DNA from: Xanthobacteraceae bacterium
GTDB taxonomy: Bacteria > Pseudomonadota > Alphaproteobacteria > Rhizobiales > Xanthobacteraceae
Length of the DNA stretch: 64,000 nt
Direction: 5' to 3'
Assembly (NCBI GenBank): GCA_020441545.1
Contig: JAGRLZ010000201.1
Location: 1,415 to 65,414, forward strand
Shown here in pieces: positions 1 to 9,365 of this stretch. Position numbers and translations under genes: made by a program. The stretch's first letter is position 1, and each line of letters starts with the position of its first letter. The notes beneath the pieces were generated by a model, which had not been told where the DNA came from, made no database searches, and saw nothing but the letters and a program-made list of their open reading frames with translations.

Positions 1-1181
1 GCGGCCAGCCCGCGATGCAGATCGGCGCCGGTCGGGCCGAGTTCGAGCATGTCGCCGAGCACCGCGATCCGCCGTCCCTGCGCCCCGACGCCGGCGGCGC
101 CAAGCACGTTGAGCGCCGCCGCCATCGAGGCCGGATTGGCGTTGTAGCTTTCGTCGATCAACGTCGCATCGCCCTGCCCGAGATCGAGGCGCCGGCGCAC
201 GCCGCGCCCGGCCGCTGGGCTGGCCTGCGACAGCGCCAGCGCGGCGCAAGCGAGGTCCGCGCCCGCAAGCGACGCGGCCGCCAGCACGCCCAGCGAGTTC
301 AACGCCATGTGCCGCCCCGGCATGCCGAGCTTGTAGGTCACCTCGCTGCCGAGGATGCGGGCATGCACCGCCGAGCAGGTCGGATGCAGCACAAGCTCGA
401 GCAGCCGCGCACCAGCGCCGCGATGCGCGCCGAACGACACGATCTCGCCGATGCCGGCCTTCTTCGCCTTGCGTTGCAGGCGCGTAAATTGCGGATTGTC
501 GCGATTGAGCACCGCCGCGCCGCCGGACTCGACGCCGAGAAAGATTTCCGCCTTGGCATCGGCGATCGCCTCGACATTCTCGAAGAATTCGAGATGCACC
601 GGCTCCACGGTGGTGACGACCGCCACATGCGGCCGCACCAGTCTCACCAGCGGTTCGATCTCGCCGGCATGGTTCATGCCGATCTCGAACACGCCGAAGG
701 CGACATCCGCCGGACACCGCGCCAGCGACAGCGGCACGCCCCAGTGATTGTTGAACGAGGCGACGGAGGCATGGGTGGCGCCCTGCGCCGCCAGCACCTG
801 CAACAGCATTTCCTTGGTCGAGGTCTTGCCGACCGAGCCGGTGACGGCGATCACCCGGGCGCCGAGCCGCGCCCGGGCGGCCCGCGCCAGATCGACCAGC
901 GCGCCGAGCACGTCCTCGACGACCAGCAGCGGTGCATCGGCGGCGAAGCGGTCGCGCTTGGCGCGCGCAATGACGGCCAGCGCCGCCCCCGCCTTCAGGG
1001 CGGCCTCGACGAAATCATGGCCGTCGTGAACGTCGCCCCGGATCGCGAAATAGGCTTCGCCGGGCCGGATGGTGCGGCTGTCGATCGACAGCCCCGCGAC
1101 GTCCGGCTGCGGCGCGCCGCAAACCTCGGCGTGCATCGCGTCAGCCATCGCGGCCATGGTCCACAGGGGTCGTGCGCTCAT
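1..1181 (-). CDS. murF: UDP-N-acetylmuramoyl-tripeptide--D-alanyl-D-alanine ligase MurF (3' end off window)
   Basis: Reverse frame reads MSARPLWTMAAMADAMHAEVCGAPQPDVAGLSIDSRTIRPGEAYFAIRGDVHDGHDFVE and later VIAVTGSVGKT (Mur ligase P-loop). The ATG at 1181-1179 overlaps the murE stop (ATGA). Absent from the ORF track because the frame is open to the window edge. Confidence 0.85.
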   Translation of the reverse strand, partial: MSARPLWTMAAMADAMHAEVCGAPQPDVAGLSIDSRTIRPGEAYFAIRGDVHDGHDFVEAALKAGAALAVIARAKRDRFAADAPLLVVEDVLGALVDLARAARARLGARVIAVTGSVGKTSTKEMLLQVLAAQGATHASVASFNNHWGVPLSLARCPADVAFGVFEIGMNHAGEIEPLVRLVRPHVAVVTTVEPVHLEFFENVEAIADAKAEIFLGVESGGAAVLNRDNPQFTRLQRKAKKAGIGEIVSFGAHRGAGARLLELVLHPTCSAVHARILGSEVTYKLGMPGRHMALNSLGVLAAASLAGADLACAALALSQASPAAGRGVRRRLDLGQGDATLIDESYNANPASMAAALNVLGAAGVGAQGRRIAVLGDMLELGPTGADLHRGLA

Positions 1182-2635
1182 GCCACCCTCGAAGTCAGCG
1201 CGGATTTCACCGCCTCATGATCGCTGAACGGCAACGTCCGGCCGCCGACGATCTGGCCGGTCTCGTGGCCCTTGCCGGCGACCAGCAGCGCATCGCCCGG
1301 CTGAAGCGCCCCGATCGCGGCACGGATCGCTTCCGCGCGGTCGCCGATCTCGCGCGCGCCGGGGCACGCGGCCAGGATGGCGGCGCGGATCAGCGCCGGG
1401 TTTTCGCTGCGCGGATTGTCGTCGGTGACGATGACGGCGTCGGCATCCTTCGCGGCGATCCCGCCCATCAGCGGCCGCTTGCCGGCGTCGCGGTCGCCGC
1501 CCGCGCCGAACACCACCACGAGCTTGCGCTTGGCGTAAGGCCGCAGCGCCTGCAACGCCTTCGCCAGCGCGTCCGGTTTGTGGGCGTAATCGACGAAGAT
1601 CGGCGCGCCGTTGCGCTCGCCGACCCGTTCGAGCCGCCCCTTGGCGCCTTCGAGATGTTCGAGCGAGCCGAGCACGTCCGCCGCATCGCTGCCGGTGCCG
1701 ATGGCGAGACCGGCGGCGACCAGCGCGTTTTCGATCTGGAATTCGCCGACCAGCGGCAGGCGCAACGTATGGTCACGGCCGCCATGGGCGATCACGAGCG
1801 TCTGCGCGAAGCCGTCGATGCGCGCGGCGGCAAGGCGGATGCCGCTGTCGCCGTCGGCATTGCGGCCGACGGTGAGAACGCGAAGCTTGCGCGCCCGCGC
1901 CGCCGCGATCACCCGCGCCGACACGTCATGGTCGGCCGCGATGACGGCAACGCCGTCGTCCCGCACCAGGTCGGTGAACAGACGCAGCTTGGCGGCGAGA
2001 TAATGCGCGACGTCCGGATGGTAATCCATGTGGTCGCGCGACAGGTTGGTGAAGCCGGCGGCAGCGACCCGCACGCCGTCGAGCCGGAACTGGTCGAGCC
2101 CGTGCGAGGAGGCTTCCATCGCCAGGTGGGTGACGCCATCGCTCGCCAGTTCATCGAGCGTGCGGTGGAGCGCGATCGGATCCGGCGTGGTCAGCGAGCC
2201 ATAGACGTTTCGCCGGTCGCTGACGACGCCGATGGTGCCGACGCTGGCGGACGAATGGCCCAGCCGTTTCCATATCTGCCGCAGGAAGGCGGCGACGGAT
2301 GTCTTGCCGCTGGTGCCGGTCACGGCGGCGATGGTCGCCGGCTGGCGCGGATAGAAGCGCGCCGCCGCCAGTGCCAGTGCGCGGCGCGGGTTGGACAGCG
2401 TGACGAACGGAACGTCCAGCGCGCCTGCGGGCGCATCGCTGCCGGCAACCGCCGCGGCGCCGGCGCCGACGGCCTGCGCGATGAAGCGCGCGCCGTCGGT
2501 TCTGACGCCGGACAACGCGAAGAACAGGTCGCCCGGCTTCACCGCGCGGCTGTCCACCGCAAGCCCCGAGACCGCAACAGCCCCTGCCCGCGCATCGACC
2601 GCCGTTTCGTCGCCGAACAATTCGCGAAGTTTCAT
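1178..2635 (-). CDS. murE: UDP-N-acetylmuramoyl-L-alanyl-D-glutamate--2,6-diaminopimelate ligase MurE
   Basis: ORF 1178..2683 matches a MurE-like sequence (GLAVDSRAVKPGDLFFAL, VTGTSGKTS, DNPRSE). The track start at 2683 is a TTG; the first ATG (MKLRELFGD) is at 2635. dcw context. Confidence 0.9.
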   Translation of the reverse strand: MKLRELFGDETAVDARAGAVAVSGLAVDSRAVKPGDLFFALSGVRTDGARFIAQAVGAGAAAVAGSDAPAGALDVPFVTLSNPRRALALAAARFYPRQPATIAAVTGTSGKTSVAAFLRQIWKRLGHSSASVGTIGVVSDRRNVYGSLTTPDPIALHRTLDELASDGVTHLAMEASSHGLDQFRLDGVRVAAAGFTNLSRDHMDYHPDVAHYLAAKLRLFTDLVRDDGVAVIAADHDVSARVIAAARARKLRVLTVGRNADGDSGIRLAAARIDGFAQTLVIAHGGRDHTLRLPLVGEFQIENALVAAGLAIGTGSDAADVLGSLEHLEGAKGRLERVGERNGAPIFVDYAHKPDALAKALQALRPYAKRKLVVVFGAGGDRDAGKRPLMGGIAAKDADAVIVTDDNPRSENPALIRAAILAACPGAREIGDRAEAIRAAIGALQPGDALLVAGKGHETGQIVGGRTLPFSDHEAVKSALTSRVA

Positions 2636-2722
2636 GGCGTCCACAACCGGGGGCCATTCTGGCGGCCCCGAAGCAAATCTCAAATCATGCCGTCGAGCGG
2701 CGGAACGCGGCGTTTACTCACT

Positions 2723-4459
2723 TTATCTGGATGTCGCAAGAATAAGGCGCTCCGACGGCGGCAGGTTGAACCGCGGCTCGATTCCGAGCAGCGGCGCGAT
2801 CCGCGCGATCACCTTGCCGCCGGTCGGCACCGCATTCCAGCCCGAGGTGATGAAGCCGTAGGTTTCCTTCAGCGGCTGCGGCTCGTCCAGCATGATCAGA
2901 ACCTGATACTTCGGATCGTCCGCCGGCAGGATCGCGGTGAAGCCGTTGAGCACCTTCTTCCTGGCATAGCGGCCGTTGATGACCTTCTCGGCGGTGCCGG
3001 TCTTGCCGCCGACATAGTAGCCCTTGACGTTGGCCTTGCGCGCGGTGCCGACCTCGGCATTGAGGCGCATCAGGAAACGCATCTTCTCGCTGGTTTCCGG
3101 CTTGATGACGCGCTTGGCGAGTTTCATCGCCTCTTCCTCGCTGCGCTTGAGGAAGGTCGGCGGGATCAGGTAGCCGCCATTGACCAGCGCATCGATGCCC
3201 ATCACCGCCTGAAGCGGCGCCACCGCCATGCCGTGGCCGAACGAAATGGTGACCGTGTTCAACTCGCCCCACTTGCGCGGCAGGATCGGCGAAGCGCTCT
3301 CCGGCAGTTCGGTGCGCAGCCGGGTCATCTGCCCCATCTTGCGCAGGAATGCCTGGTGCGCCTCGATGCCCTGCGCCAGCGCCATCCGCGCCGCACCGAC
3401 ATTCGACGAATAGGTAAACACCTCCTTGGTGTTGATGAAGCGCCCGAGCGGATGGTCGTCGTGAATCTTGAAACGCCCGTAATGCAGCGGCCCGCGCGCG
3501 TCCCACATCGAGTTCAGCGTCGCCTTGCCGGAATCGAGCGCCATCGCCAGCGTGAACGCCTTGAACGTCGAGCCCATTTCATAGACGCCGGTGGTCAGGC
3601 GGTTGATGCGGTCGGGATCGTTGGCTTCCTTCGGATTGTTGGGATCGAAGTCCGGCAGCGACACCATCGCCACGATCTCGCCGGTGCGGACGTTGGAGAC
3701 CAGGCCCGAGGCGGCCTTGGCCTTGAAGTGCTCCTTCGCCTTCATCAACTCGTCGCGCAGCGCGTGCTCGACGCGCAGGTCGACGGCCAGCTCCACCGGC
3801 CGCTGCATGCGGTCGGTGGCGAAGCCGGCGCGATGCAGGGCGGCGAGGCCGTTGGTGTCGAGCCATTTCTCGATGCCGGCAATGCCCTGGTTGTCGATGT
3901 TCACCAGGCCGATCAGGTGCGAGACATCGACGCCGTTGGGATAGACGCGCTTGTTCTCGCGCAGGAAGCCGATGCCCGGAATGCCGAGCCGGTGAATGTC
4001 GCGCTGCTGGCGCGGGGTGATTTCGCGCTTCAGCCAGACGAAGCCCTTCTTCGACGACAGCCGGCTGCGCACCTCGTCGGTGTCGAGGTCGGGCAGCGCC
4101 GCGGTCAGCAGTTCGACCGCCTCGTCGACATCGATGAGGCGGCGCGGCTCGCCATAGAGCGAGGGCGTCTTGACGTCGGTGGCGAGTATCTGGCCGTTGC
4201 GGTCGACGATATCCGGCCGCGCGGTCGCGATCGCATCCTGCGAGGCGGACCGGCGCGAGCCGTGATTGTCGCCAAGCGCCGCAAGCATCACCAGCCGGCC
4301 GGCGATGACGAGATAGACGGCCGAGAAGATCAGGATGCAGAGGCCGACCCGCGCCCGCGCGCGGCCTGCGCGGTCGACGTTCCTGCCATACAGCATGCCG
4401 CGCACGAAGCGCTGGTGCCACGGCTCCAGCATCCGGACGCCATCGACCGTCTTGCTCAC
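2723..4459 (-). CDS. ftsI: Peptidoglycan D,D-transpeptidase FtsI (PBP3)
   Basis: 578 aa with an N-terminal TM segment and transpeptidase motifs STFK, SSN, KTGT. The GTG start overlaps the ftsL stop (GTGA). Confidence 0.9.
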   Translation of the reverse strand: MSKTVDGVRMLEPWHQRFVRGMLYGRNVDRAGRARARVGLCILIFSAVYLVIAGRLVMLAALGDNHGSRRSASQDAIATARPDIVDRNGQILATDVKTPSLYGEPRRLIDVDEAVELLTAALPDLDTDEVRSRLSSKKGFVWLKREITPRQQRDIHRLGIPGIGFLRENKRVYPNGVDVSHLIGLVNIDNQGIAGIEKWLDTNGLAALHRAGFATDRMQRPVELAVDLRVEHALRDELMKAKEHFKAKAASGLVSNVRTGEIVAMVSLPDFDPNNPKEANDPDRINRLTTGVYEMGSTFKAFTLAMALDSGKATLNSMWDARGPLHYGRFKIHDDHPLGRFINTKEVFTYSSNVGAARMALAQGIEAHQAFLRKMGQMTRLRTELPESASPILPRKWGELNTVTISFGHGMAVAPLQAVMGIDALVNGGYLIPPTFLKRSEEEAMKLAKRVIKPETSEKMRFLMRLNAEVGTARKANVKGYYVGGKTGTAEKVINGRYARKKVLNGFTAILPADDPKYQVLIMLDEPQPLKETYGFITSGWNAVPTGGKVIARIAPLLGIEPRFNLPPSERLILATSR

Positions 4460-4836
4460 TGCCTGCCCTCCGGTTTCGGAATCGAACCCGTCAGGATTTC
4501 CTGATCGGTGGTGTCGATCATCGCTCCGATCGGATCGGGCGCATTCGGATTGATCAGCGTCGGCGAACGTTCCGGCAGGTTCTTCAACTGGTCATATTGC
4601 CTGGCGTCGAGCGGCTTCAGCTTGAGATGGCGTTCCGCCAGTCCCTGCAGCCGGCGCGGCGAATCCAGCCTCGCCCACTCGGCGCGCAGGGCGGCGATCG
4701 CCTCGCGCTGCTTGCGCACGTCGGCATGCAGCCGCTGCACCCGCTCGGTGCGCGCGGTGGATTCCATCTTGATGCGGTAGACGTAGGAAACGCCGATCAC
4801 CAGCGCGCAGATGACCAGAAGGTGGATGAACCGCAT
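4456..4836 (-). CDS. ftsL: Cell division protein FtsL-like (small bitopic membrane protein)
   Basis: Internal ATG at 4836 gives MRFIHLLVICALVIGVSYVYRIK..., a single TM followed by a coiled-coil-like region. GGGAGG SD lies inside the rsmH 3' end. Position between rsmH and ftsI. Confidence 0.7.
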   Translation of the reverse strand: MRFIHLLVICALVIGVSYVYRIKMESTARTERVQRLHADVRKQREAIAALRAEWARLDSPRRLQGLAERHLKLKPLDARQYDQLKNLPERSPTLINPNAPDPIGAMIDTTDQEILTGSIPKPEGRQ

Positions 4837-4840
4837 GCGG

Positions 4841-5839
4841 TCAGCCTCCCCTGACGATGTCGGCGAGCCGCGGCCAGTCCGGCAGCGCATCGGCCGCGAG
4901 GGGCGCCGCCGCCGTGCGGGCCGCCGCGCGCAGCTTGGCCGAACGCGCCCGCGGATTGTCGCGCATCTCCTGCTCGCCCGGGGTGACCGGACGGCGGGTG
5001 AGAATCTCGAAACGCGGTTCGACCTGTGCAAGTTCGGGACGATGACGCGAGCCGCCGCCCGCGCGCGCCCGCGCCACCAGGAAATTCTTGACGATGCGAT
5101 CTTCCAGCGAATGGAACGATACCACCACCAGCCGGCCGCCGGGCTTCAGCACCCGCTCCGCCGCCGCCAGCGCCGCGTAAAGCTCGTCCAGCTCCTCGTT
5201 GACGAAGATGCGCAGCGCCTGAAACGTCCGCGTCGCCGGATGAATCTCGTTCGGCCTGGCCCGCACCACCCTCGCCACGATCTCCGCAAGCATACGGGTG
5301 GTGGCGATGGGCGCTTCGCCCCGCGCCGCCACGATCGCCCGCGCCACGGCGCGGGAGCGGCGCTCCTCGCCGAAGATGTAGATGATATTGGCAAGCTCGG
5401 TTTCGGAGGCTTTGGCGATCACATCGGCCGCGGTCGGCCCCGCCTGCGACATGCGCATGTCCAGCGGCCCGTCGAGACGGAACGAGAAGCCGCGCGCGGC
5501 ACCGTCGACCTGCATCGACGACACGCCGATATCCATCACCACGCCGTCGACCGCCGTCACGCCCTGGGCGGCGCAGATGTCGTCGAGCCTCGAAAACCGC
5601 CCCTCCACCAGGTCGAGCCGGCCGCCAGCCTGCTCCACCAGGTCGAAGCCGCCGGCGATCGCGGTGCGGTCGCGGTCAATGGCGATGACGCGGGTGTCCG
5701 CCGCCTCAAGGATCGCGCGGCTGTAGCCGCCCGCCCCGAAGGTCGCATCGACATAGATGCCGCCGTCGCGCGGCGCCAGCCACGCCAGCGCCTCGCGGCC
5801 CAGTACCGGGATATGGCGCGGCGACGGCCGCTCGGTCAT
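4841..5839 (-). CDS. rsmH: 16S rRNA (cytosine1402-N4)-methyltransferase RsmH/MraW
   Basis: From ATG 5839: [18 protein letters not shown]...[10 protein letters not shown]...DIGVSSMQ, typical RsmH motifs. The upstream 75 codons of the track ORF have no support. Confidence 0.9.
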   Translation of the reverse strand: MTERPSPRHIPVLGREALAWLAPRDGGIYVDATFGAGGYSRAILEAADTRVIAIDRDRTAIAGGFDLVEQAGGRLDLVEGRFSRLDDICAAQGVTAVDGVVMDIGVSSMQVDGAARGFSFRLDGPLDMRMSQAGPTAADVIAKASETELANIIYIFGEERRSRAVARAIVAARGEAPIATTRMLAEIVARVVRARPNEIHPATRTFQALRIFVNEELDELYAALAAAERVLKPGGRLVVVSFHSLEDRIVKNFLVARARAGGGSRHRPELAQVEPRFEILTRRPVTPGEQEMRDNPRARSAKLRAAARTAAAPLAADALPDWPRLADIVRGG

Positions 5840-6422
5840 GGCGCGGTATCCTTGTGTTGCCGTTCGCCGCCGCCGGCGATGCAGGCCCGCCGCACGCGCG
5901 ACGCCGGGGGCTCGGTGCATCGCGGCCGGTCCGACGTACGCGGCTTCGATGCAAGGCGGTCGGGATGGCGTATGGGATGCCCGGTGAACGTGCAAAAGTC
6001 CTGCTCCACATGGAATCGGATAGATGCCCCGGAGCCAGGCATCGATGGGAACCGCGCAAGCCACCCGATCGGGGTCCGGCTATTCACCACTCAGTAACGT
6101 CGTTTAGCGTTAAGAAAGCGTTGACGGCTTCGTTCAAGTTCGCGTGGCTATTGAGCCTTTGGCCGTTTCCGCCGGGGCGCCGATCCCCGTTTCCGGGTTC
6201 ATTCCATCGGGGATAAGGACTGCCCTCGCGCGCAGGGCGATTGCAACCGCCCCACAATGCCGGAATAGTGATGACCCGCCCGAAAGCTGCCTTGGAAAAG
6301 CACACCGGGCGTCGCTGTCCTGCCGGTTTTCGAGTGCCCACATGTCGCTAGGCTCGTCCACGCCCGTTGATCCCCGTTTGAAACGGCGGCGCGCCCTTCC
6401 CATTCCGAAGGCCAGCCTCGAC

Positions 6423-7205
6423 ATGGAAAAATTCGTGCCCGATTCCTCGGTGGTCGCCGACGTGGTTCCGTCGGCGAATTTCGGCGAGCGGAACAAGGGC
6501 CTGAAGCCCGACATGATCCTCCTGCACTATACCGGCATGCCGGACGTCGAGGGCGCGCTGCATCGGCTGTGTACGCCCGGCACCGACGTCTCCGCGCATT
6601 ACGTCGTGCTGGAGGACGGGCACGTCATTCAATGCGTGCCGGAATCCAAGCGCGCCTGGCACGCCGGCCAATCCTGGTGGGCCGGCGAGGACGACATCAA
6701 TTCGTGCTCGATCGGCATCGAGATCGTCAATCGCGGCCACGACTGGGGCTATCCGGATTTTCCGCTGCGGCAGGTCGCGGCGGTCATCGCGCTGTGCCGG
6801 GGCATCCTCATCCGCCAGAAGGTGCCGCCGCATCGCGTGCTCGGGCATTCCGACGTGGCGCCGTCGCGCAAGCAGGATCCCGGCGAGAAGTTCCCGTGGC
6901 GATCGCTGGCCGATTCCGGCGTCGGCCGCTGGATCGAGCCGGCGCCGATCGTCGCCGGCGACGCCCTGAAGCCGGGCAGTTCGGGCCCGGAGGTGCGCGA
7001 CCTGCAGGAGCAGCTTGCCCGCTACGGCTATCGGATCACCGCCGATGGCCGCTACGACGTGCCGACCCGCGAGGTGGTGACCGCGTTCCAGCGCCATTTC
7101 CGGCCGGCCAAGGTGGACGGCATCGCCGATCCTTCGACGCGCCAGACCCTGCATGCGCTGCTGGCGAGCCAGCCCGGAAACAAGAACGTCGCCGCCGCCC
7201 GCTGA
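6423..7205 (+). CDS. N-acetylmuramoyl-L-alanine amidase (Amidase_2/AmpD-AmiD type) with C-terminal peptidoglycan-binding domain
   Basis: ILLHYTGM, AHYVVLEDG, AWHAGQSWW, IGIEIVN, GHSDVAP..KQDPGEKFPW, then a PG_binding_1-like region GSSGPEVRDLQEQLARYGY. Start is uncertain (ATG 6423 or ATG 6342). Confidence 0.8.
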   Translation: MEKFVPDSSVVADVVPSANFGERNKGLKPDMILLHYTGMPDVEGALHRLCTPGTDVSAHYVVLEDGHVIQCVPESKRAWHAGQSWWAGEDDINSCSIGIEIVNRGHDWGYPDFPLRQVAAVIALCRGILIRQKVPPHRVLGHSDVAPSRKQDPGEKFPWRSLADSGVGRWIEPAPIVAGDALKPGSSGPEVRDLQEQLARYGYRITADGRYDVPTREVVTAFQRHFRPAKVDGIADPSTRQTLHALLASQPGNKNVAAAR

Positions 7206-7310
7206 ACCGGCGGCATCTTCCGCTGCGCGCGCGTAACCCGGCTCGCGCGGCCATGTCGCGCGGGGTGTTGCGCTTGACGCCACCCCCTGAAAGCCGCATG
7301 GATTTTCGCG

Positions 7311-7733
7311 TCAGTCGGCCGGGCGGCCGCTCCGGCGATCACCGAAAGGTGGCCGGGGAGGAAAGTCCGGGCTCCATCGACATACGGTGCCGGATAACGT
7401 CCGGCGGGGGCGACCCCAGGGAAAGTGCCACAGAGATCGAACCGCCCGCCGCCGCCTTCGGGCTTCGACGGGTAAGGGTGAAAAGGTGCGGTAAGAGCGC
7501 ACCGCGTTGCCGGCAACGGCGACGGCAGGGCAAACCCCACCGGGAGCAAAACCGAATAGGGACGGCCACGCGGCGCGTTCGCGCAAGCGATAACACCGCA
7601 GGGCCATGTCGGGCTCGCCGTCCGGGTAGGTTGCTCGAGGCCATGCGCAAGCATGGTCCCAGAGGAATGGCCGCCACGCGCCGCGCGCGAAAGCGTGCGA
7701 CGCCCTACAGAACCCGGCTTACAGGCCGGCTGA
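7311..7733 (+). ncRNA. rnpB: RNase P RNA, bacterial type A
   Basis: Universal blocks GAGGAAAGTCCGGGCTCC, AGGGAAAGTGCCACAGA, GGTAAGGGTGAAA, ACAGAACCCGGCTTA. A P1 helix forms between 7311-7320 and 7724-7733. Ends are approximate. Confidence 0.9.
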
Positions 7734-7991
7734 TACCGGAACCGGGAGAGGCTCGGCGTCAAGGCGCCGGGCCTCTCGCCACGTTTGCGGGTTCCATGCC
7801 GTGCAGGTTCCATTCCGATCAAGCGTGACGCTTTTCGCAATCGCGTCGTTTCGCAGATGGGATTAAGATCGCCGCGCGTGCCCTCGCGGGCAGCGGCGAT
7901 TGCATCGGATCGGAAAGTGGTGCGTTCTTGATGACGGCGTCATCCTCGATCGCCCTGTGTTCAGGCCACAGGCGAGTTGCAGACTGAATCG

Positions 7992-9188
7992 ATGAATGTT
8001 GCGGGCCGGCCATTGTTGCGTTTCGAGGAGCCGTCCGACGCGGTTTATGTCGAGCTGGTCGATGCACTGTTTCGCGTCATTCCGCCGATGGTGCTGCTGG
8101 CGCTGAGCCTCGGCACCGTCGGGACGGCGATCTTCAGCAAGACCGGCGACCTCCCGATCCTGGCCCTGACCGTCGCCGGCTTTCTGATCGCGAGCGAGCG
8201 CGTGCTGCTGGTGCTGCGCTATCGGCGCGCGACCGCCGGCGAGCCGCTCTCCACGCCCACGGCGCGCATCTGGGAGCGACGCTTCGCCGTCCGCGCGGTC
8301 GTGACCAGCTCCATTATCAGCGCCATCGGCGTGCGGTCGTTCATGCTGCCGCCGGCCAGCATTCATATGCTGAGTATCGCGCTGCTGGTCGCCTTCGGCG
8401 CCGGCATCGTCACGCGCGTGGTCTATCGGCCCCTGCTGGCGATCGGCTGCCTGCTGCTGCTGTCGATTCCGCCGACGATCGCGTGCCTGCTTCACGACGG
8501 CACGGTCTACCTGTGTCTTGCGGGGTTGCAGTTGCTGTTTCTGTTCGGCGCCATCGAAACGGTGCAACATCTCTACACCACCATCGTCAGCCAGCTCACG
8601 CTCAAGCTCAGCTTCGCGGGGCTCGCGCGGCTCGATCCGCTCACCGGGCTGTCCAACCGCCTCGTGCTCAGCGAGAACCTCGAACGGCTGGTGGCGACGG
8701 CACACCGCACCGGCGACGGCCTTGCCATCCACAGCCTCGACCTCAATCACTTCAAGGCCGCCAACGACCGCTACGGCCATCCGGCAGGCGACGCGCTGCT
8801 CAAGGAGGTCGCGCGGCGACTGGCATTGCTGACGCGCGCCAGCGACCTCCTGGTCCGGCTCGGCGGCGACGAATTCATCCTGGTCCAGACCGGCGTGAGC
8901 CACCGGGAGCAGACGCTCGCCCTCGCCTCGCGGATCGTCGCCGATCTCAGCGCGGACTATCACGTCGCCGACGACATCATCCAACTGGGCACCAGCATCG
9001 GAATCGCGGTGCTGGCGGGCGACCAGTTGAGTGCCGACGAATTGCTGGCGCGGGCCGATCAGGCGCTCTACCACGCCAAGCGCACGGGATCCGGCATCTC
9101 CGTCTATACGGTCGCGCCGCAACTCGTTCCCATCGGCGACCGCGAAACGGATGCCGCCGACGAACGAAAGACCTTCGGCCGGCGCTGA
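7992..9188 (+). CDS. Membrane-anchored diguanylate cyclase (GGDEF)
   Basis: Multi-TM N-terminus, then LTGLSNR...LDLNHFKAANDRYGHPAGD...RLGGDEF. An RxxD (RASD) lies 5 residues upstream of GGDEF (I-site). The track start 7977 is TTG; the first ATG is 7992. Confidence 0.85.
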   Translation: MNVAGRPLLRFEEPSDAVYVELVDALFRVIPPMVLLALSLGTVGTAIFSKTGDLPILALTVAGFLIASERVLLVLRYRRATAGEPLSTPTARIWERRFAVRAVVTSSIISAIGVRSFMLPPASIHMLSIALLVAFGAGIVTRVVYRPLLAIGCLLLLSIPPTIACLLHDGTVYLCLAGLQLLFLFGAIETVQHLYTTIVSQLTLKLSFAGLARLDPLTGLSNRLVLSENLERLVATAHRTGDGLAIHSLDLNHFKAANDRYGHPAGDALLKEVARRLALLTRASDLLVRLGGDEFILVQTGVSHREQTLALASRIVADLSADYHVADDIIQLGTSIGIAVLAGDQLSADELLARADQALYHAKRTGSGISVYTVAPQLVPIGDRETDAADERKTFGRR

Positions 9189-9365
9189 CGGGCCGCGTTC
9201 CCGAGAAGCAGGCGGCGCAATGGGCGTCACGCCGCCCAGGCGGCTACGGTAAACTGAACGTAAACACGCCTCCCCCGATTGCCGCTTTTTCAAATTGTCG
9301 GAAAGGCGCAAGCAAGCTCTTTACCTGATGGCCCTAACAGTCCGGCATTTCCTTGGGGGCATCAG

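Noticed and set aside
15-4504. Long plus-strand ORFs 15..1220 (401 aa) and 1172..4504 (1110 aa)
   Set aside because: They run antisense to clearly recognisable murF, murE and ftsI. Their translations are Arg/Ala/Gly/Pro-rich low-complexity sequence typical of off-frame reading of high-GC genes. No motifs.
5840-6341. Minus-strand ORFs 5836..6090 and 6084..6341 as a possible split or degenerate mraZ
   Set aside because: The translations show no resemblance to the MraZ (SpoVT/AbrB-like) sequences I know. GC3 is unremarkable. They were treated as non-coding leader.
7311-7733. ORFs overlapping the RNase P RNA (6569..7828, 7052..7840, 7311..7607, 7339..7677)
   Set aside because: The region is explained by rnpB with all universal conserved blocks, so the ORFs are incidental.
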